Shown here: one piece after another, positions 24,453-36,029 of the stretch
Layout: every line of letters starts with the position of its first letter
Numbering within the stretch: position 1 is the stretch's first letter
Assembly (NCBI RefSeq): GCF_036971445.1
Contig: NC_091473.1
Coordinates: forward strand, 192,758,001-192,822,000
Length of the DNA stretch: 64,000 nt
From: Narcine bancroftii
Taxonomy: Eukaryota
Direction: 5' to 3'
Position numbers and translations under genes: made by a program
Notes under the pieces: generated by a model
What the model saw: the letters and a program-made list of their open reading frames with translations, nothing else
Databases searched by the model: none
Told to the model about the DNA's origin: nothing

Positions 24453-25577
24453 TCAGGCTTCAGAAGGGTTCGGGGGCTTCCAGGACCACATGCTATTGTT
24501 ATCTTTAAGAGCCTGTTTAAGCCATTGTTTTACCTCATCATGAGTAACTGGAGCAGGAGAAGCCAGCTCGATAGAAGCAGCAGTGGGAGCAGAAAGCACA
24601 GCTGGGCCAGGAGGACTCAGCAGCTGGGGATGATGTTCCCCTGCTTTTTGCCTAAATCGATCTCCAATGGCAGCCAGCTCTTTTACAGAGAAATCACGGA
24701 TCATTGACTCCTTCCGACCCCTGTTCCCACTTTGGCTCACAGGGTCCTCCACCCAGTCTAGGGGAGGAGGTGGAGGCCATCCAACAGAGGGAGTAGGCCA
24801 TAGAGCATAAGCAGGGGTTTGGGTATTTTCCCCTGGGTCCACATGGGAAATTGGGGTATCTATCCCTTCCATCTCTACCCTTACATCATCCCCCCTTCTG
24901 TCTGTTTGGGAAATCTGCTGCCTTATAGGGCGGGCGTGAACAGCAGATGGAGAGGGTAGTATGTTAGACACATGCTGAGGAGTATCTGCATTATTACCAT
25001 TGTCATTCCAGATATTCCCATCCCAATCCTCAATTACATCAGGATGGTCACCATTCCTTATCATGGCATGAATACGATATGGATCGGGTTCTACTCCATG
25101 CCTTTCCTTATCTGCACAGAGCTGCTGCCGGAGTTTAATATTACGGCAAATCATTTGGACATGCTTATCTTCCCATTCTTTGGCTCTGTCCTGACTGGTG
25201 CGAACAATCTCGCTCATCATAGAACAGCATTGTCGCAGGACTTCTAACTCCTCCTCTAATTGCTTTCTTTTGCACTGAGATTCTACTTCTCTTTGAATTA
25301 ATTCTGCTTCACGCTGAACGGAGTGGCGTAATGCTGTGGCCAGCAACCAAAAACCATTCGTCAGTGTTCCCTTTTTATCAGGAAATTTACTTTCTCGAAG
25401 GAGAGTGGCAACCCGCTCTCCCAGAGGTGCACTTGATGAGTCTAACTTCTCATCCCAACTAATGGGTGGTCCCAACAAAGACAGGGTATTGGCCAAAATG
25501 CCAAACCCATCGTCTTTGGAAGTCCATCCAGGAATCAAGAACTGCTCAGGGCTCACCTCTTTCTTTCGGCGAAACAT
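24453..25577 (-). CDS. gag: ERV Gag (capsid region largely deleted, frame open)
   Basis: ORF starts 10 nt after the PBS (MFRRKKEV...); coiled coil; WDGNIW; ELAAIGDRFRQKAGE (ERV-L-type); same frame as pol. Confidence 0.8.
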   Translation of the reverse strand: MFRRKKEVSPEQFLIPGWTSKDDGFGILANTLSLLGPPISWDEKLDSSSAPLGERVATLLRESKFPDKKGTLTNGFWLLATALRHSVQREAELIQREVESQCKRKQLEEELEVLRQCCSMMSEIVRTSQDRAKEWEDKHVQMICRNIKLRQQLCADKERHGVEPDPYRIHAMIRNGDHPDVIEDWDGNIWNDNGNNADTPQHVSNILPSPSAVHARPIRQQISQTDRRGDDVRVEMEGIDTPISHVDPGENTQTPAYALWPTPSVGWPPPPPLDWVEDPVSQSGNRGRKESMIRDFSVKELAAIGDRFRQKAGEHHPQLLSPPGPAVLSAPTAASIELASPAPVTHDEVKQWLKQALKDNNSMWSWKPPNPSEA

Positions 25578-25587
25578 CTTGAGACCA

Positions 25588-25605
25588 ATCCTGCTCGCAG
25601 CGCCA
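25588..25605 (-). other. Primer-binding site, tRNA-Ser
   Basis: TGGCGCTGCGAGCAGGAT, 2 nt after the 5' LTR, complementary to the 3' end of vertebrate tRNA-Ser (recalled as ...ATCCTGCTCACAGCGCCA; 17/18). Confidence 0.8.
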
Positions 25606-25607
25606 AT

Positions 25608-26381
25608 TGTCTTGGGTAAACTTATACCTCTCATTTTGTTCATTTTAGATTGGTCACAGTGTTTGAGCTACCGAAAGAAAATAGACACTCACACCGAGAG
25701 CAGTTCAGTTTATACAAATGTTTATTACTAATTCAAAAGCTGATTTCACACTACAATATGCAAGCCCTTCCCAACTATACTTATCAACGCTTGGACTGGT
25801 CCCAACTGCCGAAGCGAGGCAACGACTGCACACTTGTAGTAGGTTGTCAGGGCGCTGGTAGCAGCTTCTCCACCTCCCCCGACCGGGACGTTGCTCAGAC
25901 TCTGGCTGTTCTTCCTTCTTGACAAGGGGTGTTCCCACCCCTCGGAGAATCTAAACTTCAGCAGCAGGACCACAGGCTTATATACCCCAAAAACAATTAA
26001 TCATGCGCCTACTCCTTCTAATATTTGTCAGTCAAAATCAAAACTGAACATTACATTCTACAATTTAGAAGATTAATTATTATGGAACCAGGATGTTATA
26101 ATTTCCTGGTTTATCTCGTAGATACAAAGACTTATTAAAACTTCTCGAGCAAGACAGGTTGTGACCAATTCGTCAATTTCAGAGTGTTGCATTTGACAAC
26201 TGCTTTCCCTGGGCCTCACAGTGGAATTCCATTTCAAAGTGTATCTTCAGATAAGTCCCCATGGCTGAGTTTAATTACATCTGCTAGTTCTGAAAGTAAG
26301 GTGACCTGTGTGTGGACCCAGTGTCGTCAGTTCCACATAAGCAAAAAGCATCTGGGTACATGGTTTTAATCCTCCATTACA
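25608..26381 (-). repeat. 5' LTR
   Basis: Direct repeat of 20783-21556. Confidence 0.95.
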
Positions 26382-27224
26382 GTCCTTTAACACCTAAATA
26401 CTTAATTTGATCCAACCATTTAAATTTAACAATATGTTTACAAAGATATTGCCGCTAATGGCATAATATAACTTTTATCGCCAATTGATTTGATAGTCTG
26501 ATATTTCTCCGTACTGTTCCAGTCCGTCATGTAACCGCTTAAAAAAATTGTGAGGTTCTGTTAAGTATATCAAAACATAATCCACAAACCAATTAATTTT
26601 AAATTCATCAAACTTCACTTTAATACCATCTTGCCTCATCATCTGAGCTAAAGGTTCAATAATTAATGCAAAAAGAGCTGGTGACAAAGGGTATCCTTGT
26701 CTAGTTGATCTATTCAACATAAAAGGTAAAGAGAACTGTCCATTTGTCACAACTCTAGCAATATGATTTCTTATATAATGCCTTAATCCAACCAGTAAAT
26801 ATTGGACCAAAGGTAAATTTCTCCAAAACTTTAAATAAAAAAAACTCCACTCAACACTATCAAAGGCCTTCTCTGCATCCAATGAAATAACCATTGGTAG
26901 TTTGGATTCCTCCCAAGAAATATTAATCAAAGAAATCAATTTCACAACATTATCTGCTGAATAATGATTTTAATAAATCCAGCTTGATCCAAATGAATGA
27001 AATCCGGTAAATATAACCTTATAATCAACATTCAACAATGAAATTGGTCTATAAGACCCATCTTTCAACGGATCCCAATCTTTTCTTAAGAATAACTGTT
27101 ATAATAGCTTGAGAAAATGAATCTGGTAATGAGTGAACTTCCATTCCTTGTTTCAATACATTCATTAACAATGGCATTAATAAATCTTAAATACTGGATC
27201 TAATGGACCAAATTCTTTGTGAAA

Positions 27225-27659
27225 TGTTGATTACAAAATTGTAACTAAGGTTAAGCAAATTGATTGGGGAAGAAATACTTACCAGGCTTAATACATTTAG
27301 AACAAGCTGGTTTTATTAAAAATCATTATTCTGCAGATACTATTGCAATATCAATTAGTATGATTCCTATTTCTTGGGAGGAATCCAACTTACTGGTTTT
27401 ATCATTAGATGCCAAAAAGGCATTTGATAGGCTAGAGTGGAGTTTTTTATTTAAAATATTAAAAAGATTTTGCTTTGGATCAATGTTTATTAGTTGGATT
27501 GAATCTTTATATAAAAATGCTTTCTCCAGAGTGGTGATGAATGGCCAAATATTATCATCTATTTTTATTAGAAAAATCTACTAGATAAGGTTGCCCTTTG
27601 ACTCCAGCATTGTTTGCATTAGCTATTGAACCATTGACTCAATTGATAAAACAAGAACC
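27225..27659 (+). mobile_element. L1 RT fragment
   Basis: QAGFIK...LDAKKAFDRLEW...GCPL. Confidence 0.75.
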
Positions 27660-28185
27660 TGCTGGACCGCTGAGCCCTCCGGGAATCGCTCGAGCCATAG
27701 CACTTGGGCCTTCTGAGCAACCTCCTCGGGTCGGTAAAGCTCTCTTGGGCCAGTAACAGCTAGATGTTGTCGGGCAGATGGTTGAGGAAAATTTGCTCAA
27801 AGAGTGGGCAGTTGGGGTGATCACCCATGAGCGTGAGCATCTCGTCCCTCAGTTCCACCGGGGACCTGTCCCCCAACGCGTTGAGGTGCAGCATCCGAGT
27901 GGCACGCTGATGCCTGGATAGTCCGAGGGATCCGGTGAGCACTCGCTTGTTGGTCCAGTACTTGTCTTCAGTGGGCGGGTGCTGAATGAGGTGCAGCACA
28001 CATTTGGCGTGGCCTGGTCCAGGGCAGCGACCACATGGTAGAATTTGGTCTTGTCGGACGAAATCTGGCAGAGGTGAAACTGAGCCTCCGCATGGCCAAA
28101 CCAGGTCTCCAGCTCCTGAACCCAGAAGTCAGGCAGCTTGATGGCTATAGCAATGATCCCAGGTTCGCTCAAGTTGGGTTCAAAG

Positions 28186-31100
28186 GGAGGAGTCACGTGA
28201 TGGAGTAGTGGCCGGACGGTGAACTCCAGCCCTCTCCAGAAAAGTCAGAAAAAACAAAGGAAAACACAAAGGCACAAAAATAAAAATTAAAGAAAAGTGA
28301 GTATACAGGTGGAAAGAAGATGGCGACGAAAAAAGAAAAATCGAAATCAACGGTAAGAAGAGAGGAAGAGAAGACAACGGAAGAAGAAGGAGAAGGCCTT
28401 ACCTGTTCGAAGAGGCCCGCGGTGGAGAGAGAAATCCGCTCTCTCAGGTCGGTAGAAAGTGGACTACAAAAATGGCTCGCTGAGCCGAGTAAAAGTGCGC
28501 AACTGCGCATGCGCGATGCGCATGCAAAAAAACATACCGACGGGAGGGGTGACCAGCTGGGGAGTCGATCTCCACAGCCGGCAATGACAGCTGCAGAACA
28601 CCTGCAGCAAGAGGAGAACATAGAAGACAATGAAAACAAGAAAGAAGAGAAGAAAAGGGCAACAAAGAAACAACAGATGGCCAACCCAGAGGAAGAAGAA
28701 GAGGAAGAGGAAGAGTACAGTGAAATAGAAGAAGAAGGGAAAGGCAAGATAAAGGATATACTTTCTCTTATTAAAGAATACATGGAGTCATTTAAAGAAT
28801 GGCAAGCGCAAGAATTTAATGATTTAAGAAGAAGAATAAACAATACAGAAGAGAAAATGAATAAAATAGATATGACCTTAACAGAAATGGGAAAGAGAAT
28901 GGACAAGATGGAAGAGCGGGAAGCAGCAGTAGAAATGGAGGTAGAGGACTTAAAAAAGAAATTAGAGGAATCTAATAAAAAAGTTATAGAGACACAAGAA
29001 CTGTTAGCTCAGAAAATAGATATAATGGAAAATTATAACAGAAGAAATAACATAAAGATAGTGGGACTTAAGGAAGATGAAGAAGGCAAGAATATGAGAG
29101 AGTTTATAAAAGTTTGGATCCCCAGGATCCTAGGATGTCCAGAACTACAGCAAGAAATGGAAATAGAAAGGGCACATAGAGCATTGGCCTCTAAACCACA
29201 ACCACAACAAAAACCAAGATCTATTTTAGTAAAATTCCTAAGATATACTACAAGAGAAAAGGTACTGGAGAAGACAATGGAAAAAGTAAGAGAGGGCAAC
29301 AAACCACTGGAGTATAAAGGGCAAAAAATCTTCATTTATCCAGATATAAGTTTTGAACTCCTAAAGAAGAGTCTCCTACAGCAAAGACGATTTTATGGAA
29401 GAAAGGGTATAAATTTATACTAAAGCATCCAGCGGTATTGAAAATATTTATTCCAGGACAACAAAACAGACTATTCTCGGATCCAGAAGAAGCACGAAAA
29501 TTTGCAAAACAATTACAAAAATAGACCGAGGGATGAAGACGGGTAATGAGAGTAAAAATGATCACGATTGATATGTATGCAGGTAAAGAGGTATAAGAGA
29601 GAATAGAGACAATGTGCATATGTGAATGTATCTGTACTTAGAGGAAAATATAGATAGTATAGACAAGAATTAATAAGGGAAGGTAATGGAATAGAGAGAA
29701 TAAGGAGGGAATTAAAAGAGTGACCTTTGTGACATATGAAAAGTGAAATCTTTTCTGGGGGGGGCTGGGTGGGGGGAAATAGTGGTCACTGCAAAATCAG
29801 TTGACGCTTGCGAGTGGATTCACAAATCCAAATGGAGAGGGGAGATGTGGTTGTCCGACAAGGGATAAAGGACAACTCAGGAGGGGAAGGGGAGATTGGG
29901 GCTAAAGAAGTTTTAAATAGGAGAATAAGGAAAATGTTTGATGTTTTAGGAATGTTGTCTTATAAAGGGTTTAAAACAAGAAAACAGAAATGGTTAAGAA
30001 GGAAAGGTATTGATGGAGAAACGGAAAGGGAAGATAAACAAAGTATAAAATGGCTACGTTGAACTATATGACTTTAAATATTAATGGAATACATAACCAA
30101 ATTAAAAGGAAGAAACTGCTAAATTTACTGAAAAAAGAAAAAATTGATATAGCATTTGTGCAAGAAACACATTTAACTGAATTGGAGCACAAGAAATTGA
30201 AGAGAGATTGGGTAGGACACGTAACAGCAGCATCGTATAATTCAAAGGCAAGAAGAGTAGCTATATTAATTAGTAAAAATGTGCCATTTAAAATAGAAGA
30301 GGAAATAATAGATCCAGCAGGGAGATATGTAATGATAAAATGTCAGATATATTTGGAGTTTTGGAATCTACTCAATGTATATTCACCTAACGAAGAAGAT
30401 CAAAAGTTTATGCAAGATATCTTTTTGAAGGTAGCAGATACGCAAGGGAACATATTAATAGGAGGGGATTTCAACCTGAATTTGGATTCAAATATGGACA
30501 AAACTGGGAACAAAATTAACAGAAAGAACAAAGTAACCAAATTTATAATTAAATCGATGGAAGAAATGCAACTTTTGGATATATGGAGGAAACAACACCC
30601 AAAGGAAAAGGAATACTCATACTACTCGGCCAGTCATAAAACATACTCAAGAATAGACCTATTTTTGTTATCAGCTAGTATGCAGGATAGAGTAAGAAAA
30701 ACAGAATATAAAGCTAGAATACTATCGGACCATTCACCCTTAATATTGACAGTAAAGCTAGAGGACATCCCTCCAAGAATGTATAGATGGAGATTAAACC
30801 CCATGCTACTTAAAAGACAGGATTTTAGAGAATTTATTGAAAAACAATTAAAAATGTGTTTTGAAGTAAATACGGAATCAGTGGAAGATAAGTTTATACT
30901 ATGGGACGCAATGAAAGCATTCATTAGAGGGCAAATAATAAGTTATGTAACCAAGATGAAGAAGGACTATAATCAGGAAACAGAGCAGTTGGAAAGGGAA
31001 ATAGTAAACATAGAAAAAAAATTAGCAATGAAGGAAGATATAACTAAAAGAAGAGAATTGGCGGATAAAAAAATAAAATATGAAACATTACAAACATATA

Positions 31101-34100
31101 AGGTAGAGAAGAATATAATGAAGACAAAACAGAAATATTATGAACTAGGTGAAAAAACGCACAAAATCCTAGCATGGCAGCTTAAGACAGAGCAAGCTAA
31201 GAAAATGGTATTGGCATCAAGGAAAAAAGACAAACAAATTACATATAATCCAAAAGAAATTAAGGAAAACTTTAGAGAATTCTATGAACAATTATACCGA
31301 ACTGAAAACGAAGGGAAAGAAGGGAAAATAGATGAATTTTTGACTAAAATTGAACTACCAAAACTACAAATAGAGGAACAAAATAAATTAACAGAACCAT
31401 ATGGAACAGTAGAAATACAAGAGATAATAAAAAAATTACCAAATAATAAGACACCAGGAGAGGATCGATTTCCAATAGAATTCTACAAAACATTTAAAGA
31501 CTTATTAATACCGCCCCTCCTGGATGTAATCAACCAGATTGATGAGACACAAAACTTACCAGATTCATGTAAAACAGCAATAATTACACTTCTTCAGCAT
31601 GATGCTGAACCAAGCCATGAAAGACCCCAACAATGAAGACGCTGTTTACATCTGGTACCGCACGGATGGCAGTCTCTTCAATCTGAGGCGCCTGCAAGCT
31701 CACACCAAGACACAAGAGCAACTTGTCCGTGAACTACTCTTTGCAGACGATGCCGCTTTAGTTGCCCATTCTTAGCCAGCTCTTCAGCGCTTGACGTCCT
31801 GCTTTGCGGAAACTGCCAAAATGTTTGGCCTGGAAGTCAGCCTGAAGAAAACTGAGGTCCTCCATCAGCCAGCTCCCCACCATGACTACCAGCCCCCCCA
31901 CATCTCCATCGGGCACACAAAACTCAAAACGGTCAAGCAGTTTACCTATCTCGGCTGCATCATTTCATCAGATGCAAGGATCGACAATGAGATAGACAAC
32001 AGACTCGCCAAGGCAAATAGCGCATTTGGAAGACTACACAAAAGAGTCTGGAAAAACAACCAACTGAAAAACCTCACAAAGATAAGTGTATACAGAGCCG
32101 TTGTCATACCCACACTCCTGTTCGACTCCGAATCATGGGTCCTCTACCGGCACCACCTACGGCTCCTAGAACGCTTCCACCAGCGTTGTCTCCGCTCCAT
32201 CCTCAACATCCATTGGAGCGCTTTCATCCCTAACGTCGAAGTACTCGAGATGGCAGAGGTCGACAGCATCGAGTCCACGCTGCTGAAGATCCAGCTGCAC
32301 TGGATGGGTCACGTCTCCAGAATGGAGGACCATCGCCTTCCCAAGATCGTGTTATAATGTGAGCTCTCCACTGGCCACCGTGACAGAGGTGCACCAAAGA
32401 AAAGGTACAAGGACTGCCTAAAGAAATCTCTTGGTGCCTGCCACATTGACCACCGCCAGTGGGCTGATAACGCCTCAAACCGTGCATCTTGGCGCCTCAC
32501 AGTTTGGCGGGCAGCAACCTCCTTTGAAGAAGACCGCAGAGCCCACCTCACTGACAAAAGTCAAAGGAGGAAAAACCCACACCCAACCCCAACCAACCAA
32601 TTTTCCCCTGCAACCGCTGCAACCGTGTCTGCCTGTCCCACATCGGACTTGTCAGCCACAAACGAGCCTGCAGCTGACGTGGACTTTTTACCCCCTCCAT
32701 AAATCTTCGTCCGCGAAGCCAAGCCAAAGAAGACTAAAACAACGGAAAGATCCACTCTCACCAGCGTCATATAGACCAATATCTTTGCTAAAAACAGATT
32801 ATAAGATAATAGCTAAACTATTAGCAAACAGATTAGCAGAGTATGTACCGAAAATGGTAAATTTAGACCAAACTGGATTTATCAAAAAAAGACGCACAAC
32901 AGACAATATTTGTAAATTTATTAACTTAATTTATGCAGTAGAAGGGAATAAAGCACCTACAGTAGCAGTTGCTTTAGACGCAGAGAAGGCCTTTGACAGA
33001 GTAGAATGGAATTATTTGTTCAAAGTATTGCAAAAATTCAGTTTACCGGAGAAGTATGTTAATTGGATTAAAGCATTATATAAGGGACCGTTAGTGAAAG
33101 TGACAGTAAATGGACATGTATCAAAGCAATTTAACTTCAGCAGGTCAACACGGCAGGGATGCCCACTATCACCTTTATTGTTTGCGTTAGCTATAGAACC
33201 ACTAGCAGAATTGATAAGAACAGATAATAATATAAAAGGAATTTAAAAAAAAGACAAGGAATATAAAATTAGTTTATTTGCGGATGATGTTATCGTGTAC
33301 TTAACAGAACCAGAACTATCAATAAAAGAATTATATAAGAAATTGAAGGAATATGGAGAAGTGTCGGGTTACAAGATAAACGTAAATAAAAGTGAAGCAA
33401 TGCCTATGAATAATGCCGATTTCTCAAAATTTAAGAAGGAATCACCATTTAGATGGCAAATGCAAGCAATAAGATATCTAGGTGTACAAATAAACAAAAA
33501 TCTCGGCCAACTATATAAACTCAATTATTATCCACTAATGAAAAAATTACAGGACGATTTAGAGCATTGGAAAGATTTACCACTAACACTAATAGGAAGG
33601 ATAAACTGTATTAAAATGAACATTTTTCCAAGGATATTATACTTATTTCAGGCATTGCCAATACAACTGACAGAGAAATTCTTCAAGGAGTTAAAGAAAA
33701 TAATAAGGAAATTTTTATGGAGAGGGGGGGAAATCGAGGATAGCACTAGATAAATTAACAGAATGGTATAAACAAGGAGGCTTACAACTGCCAAACTTTA
33801 AAAATTATTATAGAGCCGCACAATTAAGATACCTATCAGATTTTTACCAAACAAGGGAAAAGCCAGATTGGACGAGACTAGAATTAGATAAAATAGGGGA
33901 AGAGATACCTGAACACATATTATATAAATGGGATGAAAAATTGGTACAACATAGAAGTTCTCCAGTATTACATCATCTCCTCAATATTTGGAAGAAGATT
34001 CATGTAGAAAGAAATAAAACAAATTATCAATTACCAAAACTAACATTGACGCAAAACAAGTTTCTCCCTTTTACAATAGATAACCTTTCCTTTAGAGAAT

Positions 34101-35303
34101 GGGAAAAAAAAGGGATTAAAAGAATAGAAAATTGTTTTTCAGGAAATAGATTCTTATCCTTTGAACAAATGAAAGATAAGTACAATATAACTGGAGATAC
34201 AGCGCTGAAGGATAAATTAGGAAGCAGTTTGAGTTTGCCAGAGGGAAGTAACCTTGAATATGTGATTACAGATACAATGTTAATCAAAAGATTTATAACA
34301 AATATGTATATTAAACTGCAAGAAAAGGAGAATGAGGAAACAAATGGTAGAATTAAACAAAAATGGGAAAAAGATTTAAATATAAAGATAAAAAAGGAAA
34401 CATGGGAGAAGTTATGCTCCGGAACGATGAGAAATACAATAAATACGAGGTTACGTATGATACAATATAACTGGATACACAGGCTATACATTACACCTCA
34501 AAAGTTAAATAAATGGGACCCAACAGTATCTGATAGATGTTTTCGATGTAAAAAAGAAATGGGAACAACAATTCATGCAATCTGGACATGTGAGAAAATA
34601 AAAAAATTTTGGGAAGATCTAAATCAGATATTAAATAAAATAACAGGAAACAATATACCAAAGAATCCAGAGATCTTCCTCCTAAGTAACATAAAAAATA
34701 AGGAATTTGGAATTGATTTGGAGGATGCACAAAAAAGATTTGTTAAGATAGCTCTAGCTGAAGCAAAAAAATGTATTATGTCAACCTGGAAATTGGAAGA
34801 TAATTTGAAAATACAACAATGGTATATAGAAATGAATAAATATATTCCATTAGAAAAAATAACATATAGTTTAAGAAATAATATTGAAATATTCGAACAA
34901 ATATGGGAGCCTTACATTAAATACAATAGCGAAAACCTACCGGGGACAATCATTACCTAAGTTAACGGAAGGAAAAGGAAATGAAAAGAATGGACTCAGT
35001 AGAATTTCTGGTGTATTTTTATTGAATGACAACATTGTCTGACTGGTTTAATGTATCCTAGATTATATACCTTAAATGGACGGGAGGGGGGAGGTAGGGA
35101 GGGTGGGATGGGAGGAGGGAGAAAATGGCACTGTATATGTGTGAAAAGGAAAAAGTGTGTACCATGGTTAATGTGATTTATGGTGTGAAAAATAAAAAAT
35201 TTAAAAAAAACTGTACTCAACATGGACATAAAAAAAGTTTAGAAATGTTAATAACTGACTGTGCAATGCAAAGAGAGAATAAAATCAATAGTCCTTAAAA
35301 AAA
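28186..35303 (+). mobile_element. Full-length L1 with 3' transduction, interrupted by an RTE
   Basis: TSD aagttgggttcaaag (28171-28185, 35304-35318). ORF1 from 28320; ORF2 30050-34960 with few lesions; poly(A) at 35203-35210, then extra DNA and a second poly(A). Confidence 0.95.
31589..32733 (+). mobile_element. 5'-truncated RTE inside L1 ORF2
   Basis: Near-identical to 11626-12769 (LFADD..., gccaaagaaga end). Confidence 0.92.
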
Positions 35304-35643
35304 AAGTTGGGTTCAAAGACATTTGAACCAGTCGGGGTCACCAATTGTAGCAGTAGCTACACTGCTCTTGAAAGAACACACAACCAGGCGGGTTGAGCTC
35401 AGTGAGCAGAAAACTGGTTTATTGCTGGCTTCTCGGCTGGCCTTATACTCCCAGCCCAGACCTGGCTGAGAACCATGCTGGGGGGCACTGATGTCACTCT
35501 GGCATCACGTGGTCCCCCAGCGCAGGCTTCTGAGCCTGGTGCTGAGAAGAAGGGGAAACTCCCGATAGCGCCATTTTGGCCGACTGCCCCGCTGCGTGGA
35601 TTACAAGCGGGGCTGGTTCCCCTGCCTAGTGGCATGCAGCCAC

Positions 35644-35972
35644 AGAACCACTTTTTTGCATTGAATTTAATCTCTCTCAACCAAAGGCATAATTTCACTT
35701 TTATCCCAATTAATTTTATAACCTGATATTTCACTATATTCCTTTTTATCTCATATACAACGAATGCAAAGAATTTTCAAGGTCTGTTAAATAAATCAAA
35801 ACATATCAGCAAATAAATTAATCTTCAATTCATCAGAATTAACTTCAATACCTTTAATATTAATATCTTGTCTTATTAATTGTGCTAAAGGTTTAAACAA
35901 ATAAAGCTGGAAACAAAGGACATCCTTATCTAGTTGATCTAGTTAATAAAAAAGCTGAAAATATTTACCCAT
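35644..35972 (-). mobile_element. Old L1 RT fragment
   Basis: Reverse strand shows LFAD and EYSEI.GYKINWD-like remnants. Confidence 0.6.
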
Positions 35973-36029
35973 TTGTCTGTGTTAGGGACAGGGCAGGGGG
36001 CAGTGAGGGTTGTAATGGAACAAAAGGCC

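Larger units (their letters stand above)
20783..26381 (-). mobile_element. Class III (ERV-L/ERV-S-like) endogenous retrovirus, internally deleted, very young
   Basis: 774-bp LTRs at 25608-26381 and 20783-21556 (TG...CA, one mismatch seen). PBS 25588-25605; PPT aaggggtgaaa (21557-21567). Flanks gtccc/gtcct (imperfect 5-bp TSD). gag-pol-env order with ERV-L-type motifs. Confidence 0.95.
19096..27190 (-). mobile_element. Old 5'-truncated L1; host of the ERV
   Basis: T-rich tail near 19100; ORF2 remnants (YRLVHYNFIHQLY; DAEKAFD; RQGYPLSP) continue on both sides of the ERV. Confidence 0.8.
27660..35643 (-). mobile_element. Truncated Gypsy element (5' LTR about 35346-35643, tRNA-Trp PBS, partial gag) split by an L1
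   Basis: LTR TG...CA, then TGGTGACCCCGAC (tRNA-Trp complement); gag KLPDFW...WFGHAEAQF...DKTKFYHVVAALD resumes at 28170. Confidence 0.8.

Noticed and set aside
26620-27655. Opposed L1 RT pieces as a third twin-priming event
   Set aside because: The pieces cover the same RT region and are diverged, so they are separate copies.
27655-27661. gaacc on both sides of the Gypsy remnant as a possible TSD
   Set aside because: The 3' LTR is absent and the flanking L1 pieces are in opposite orientations, so it is probably coincidental.
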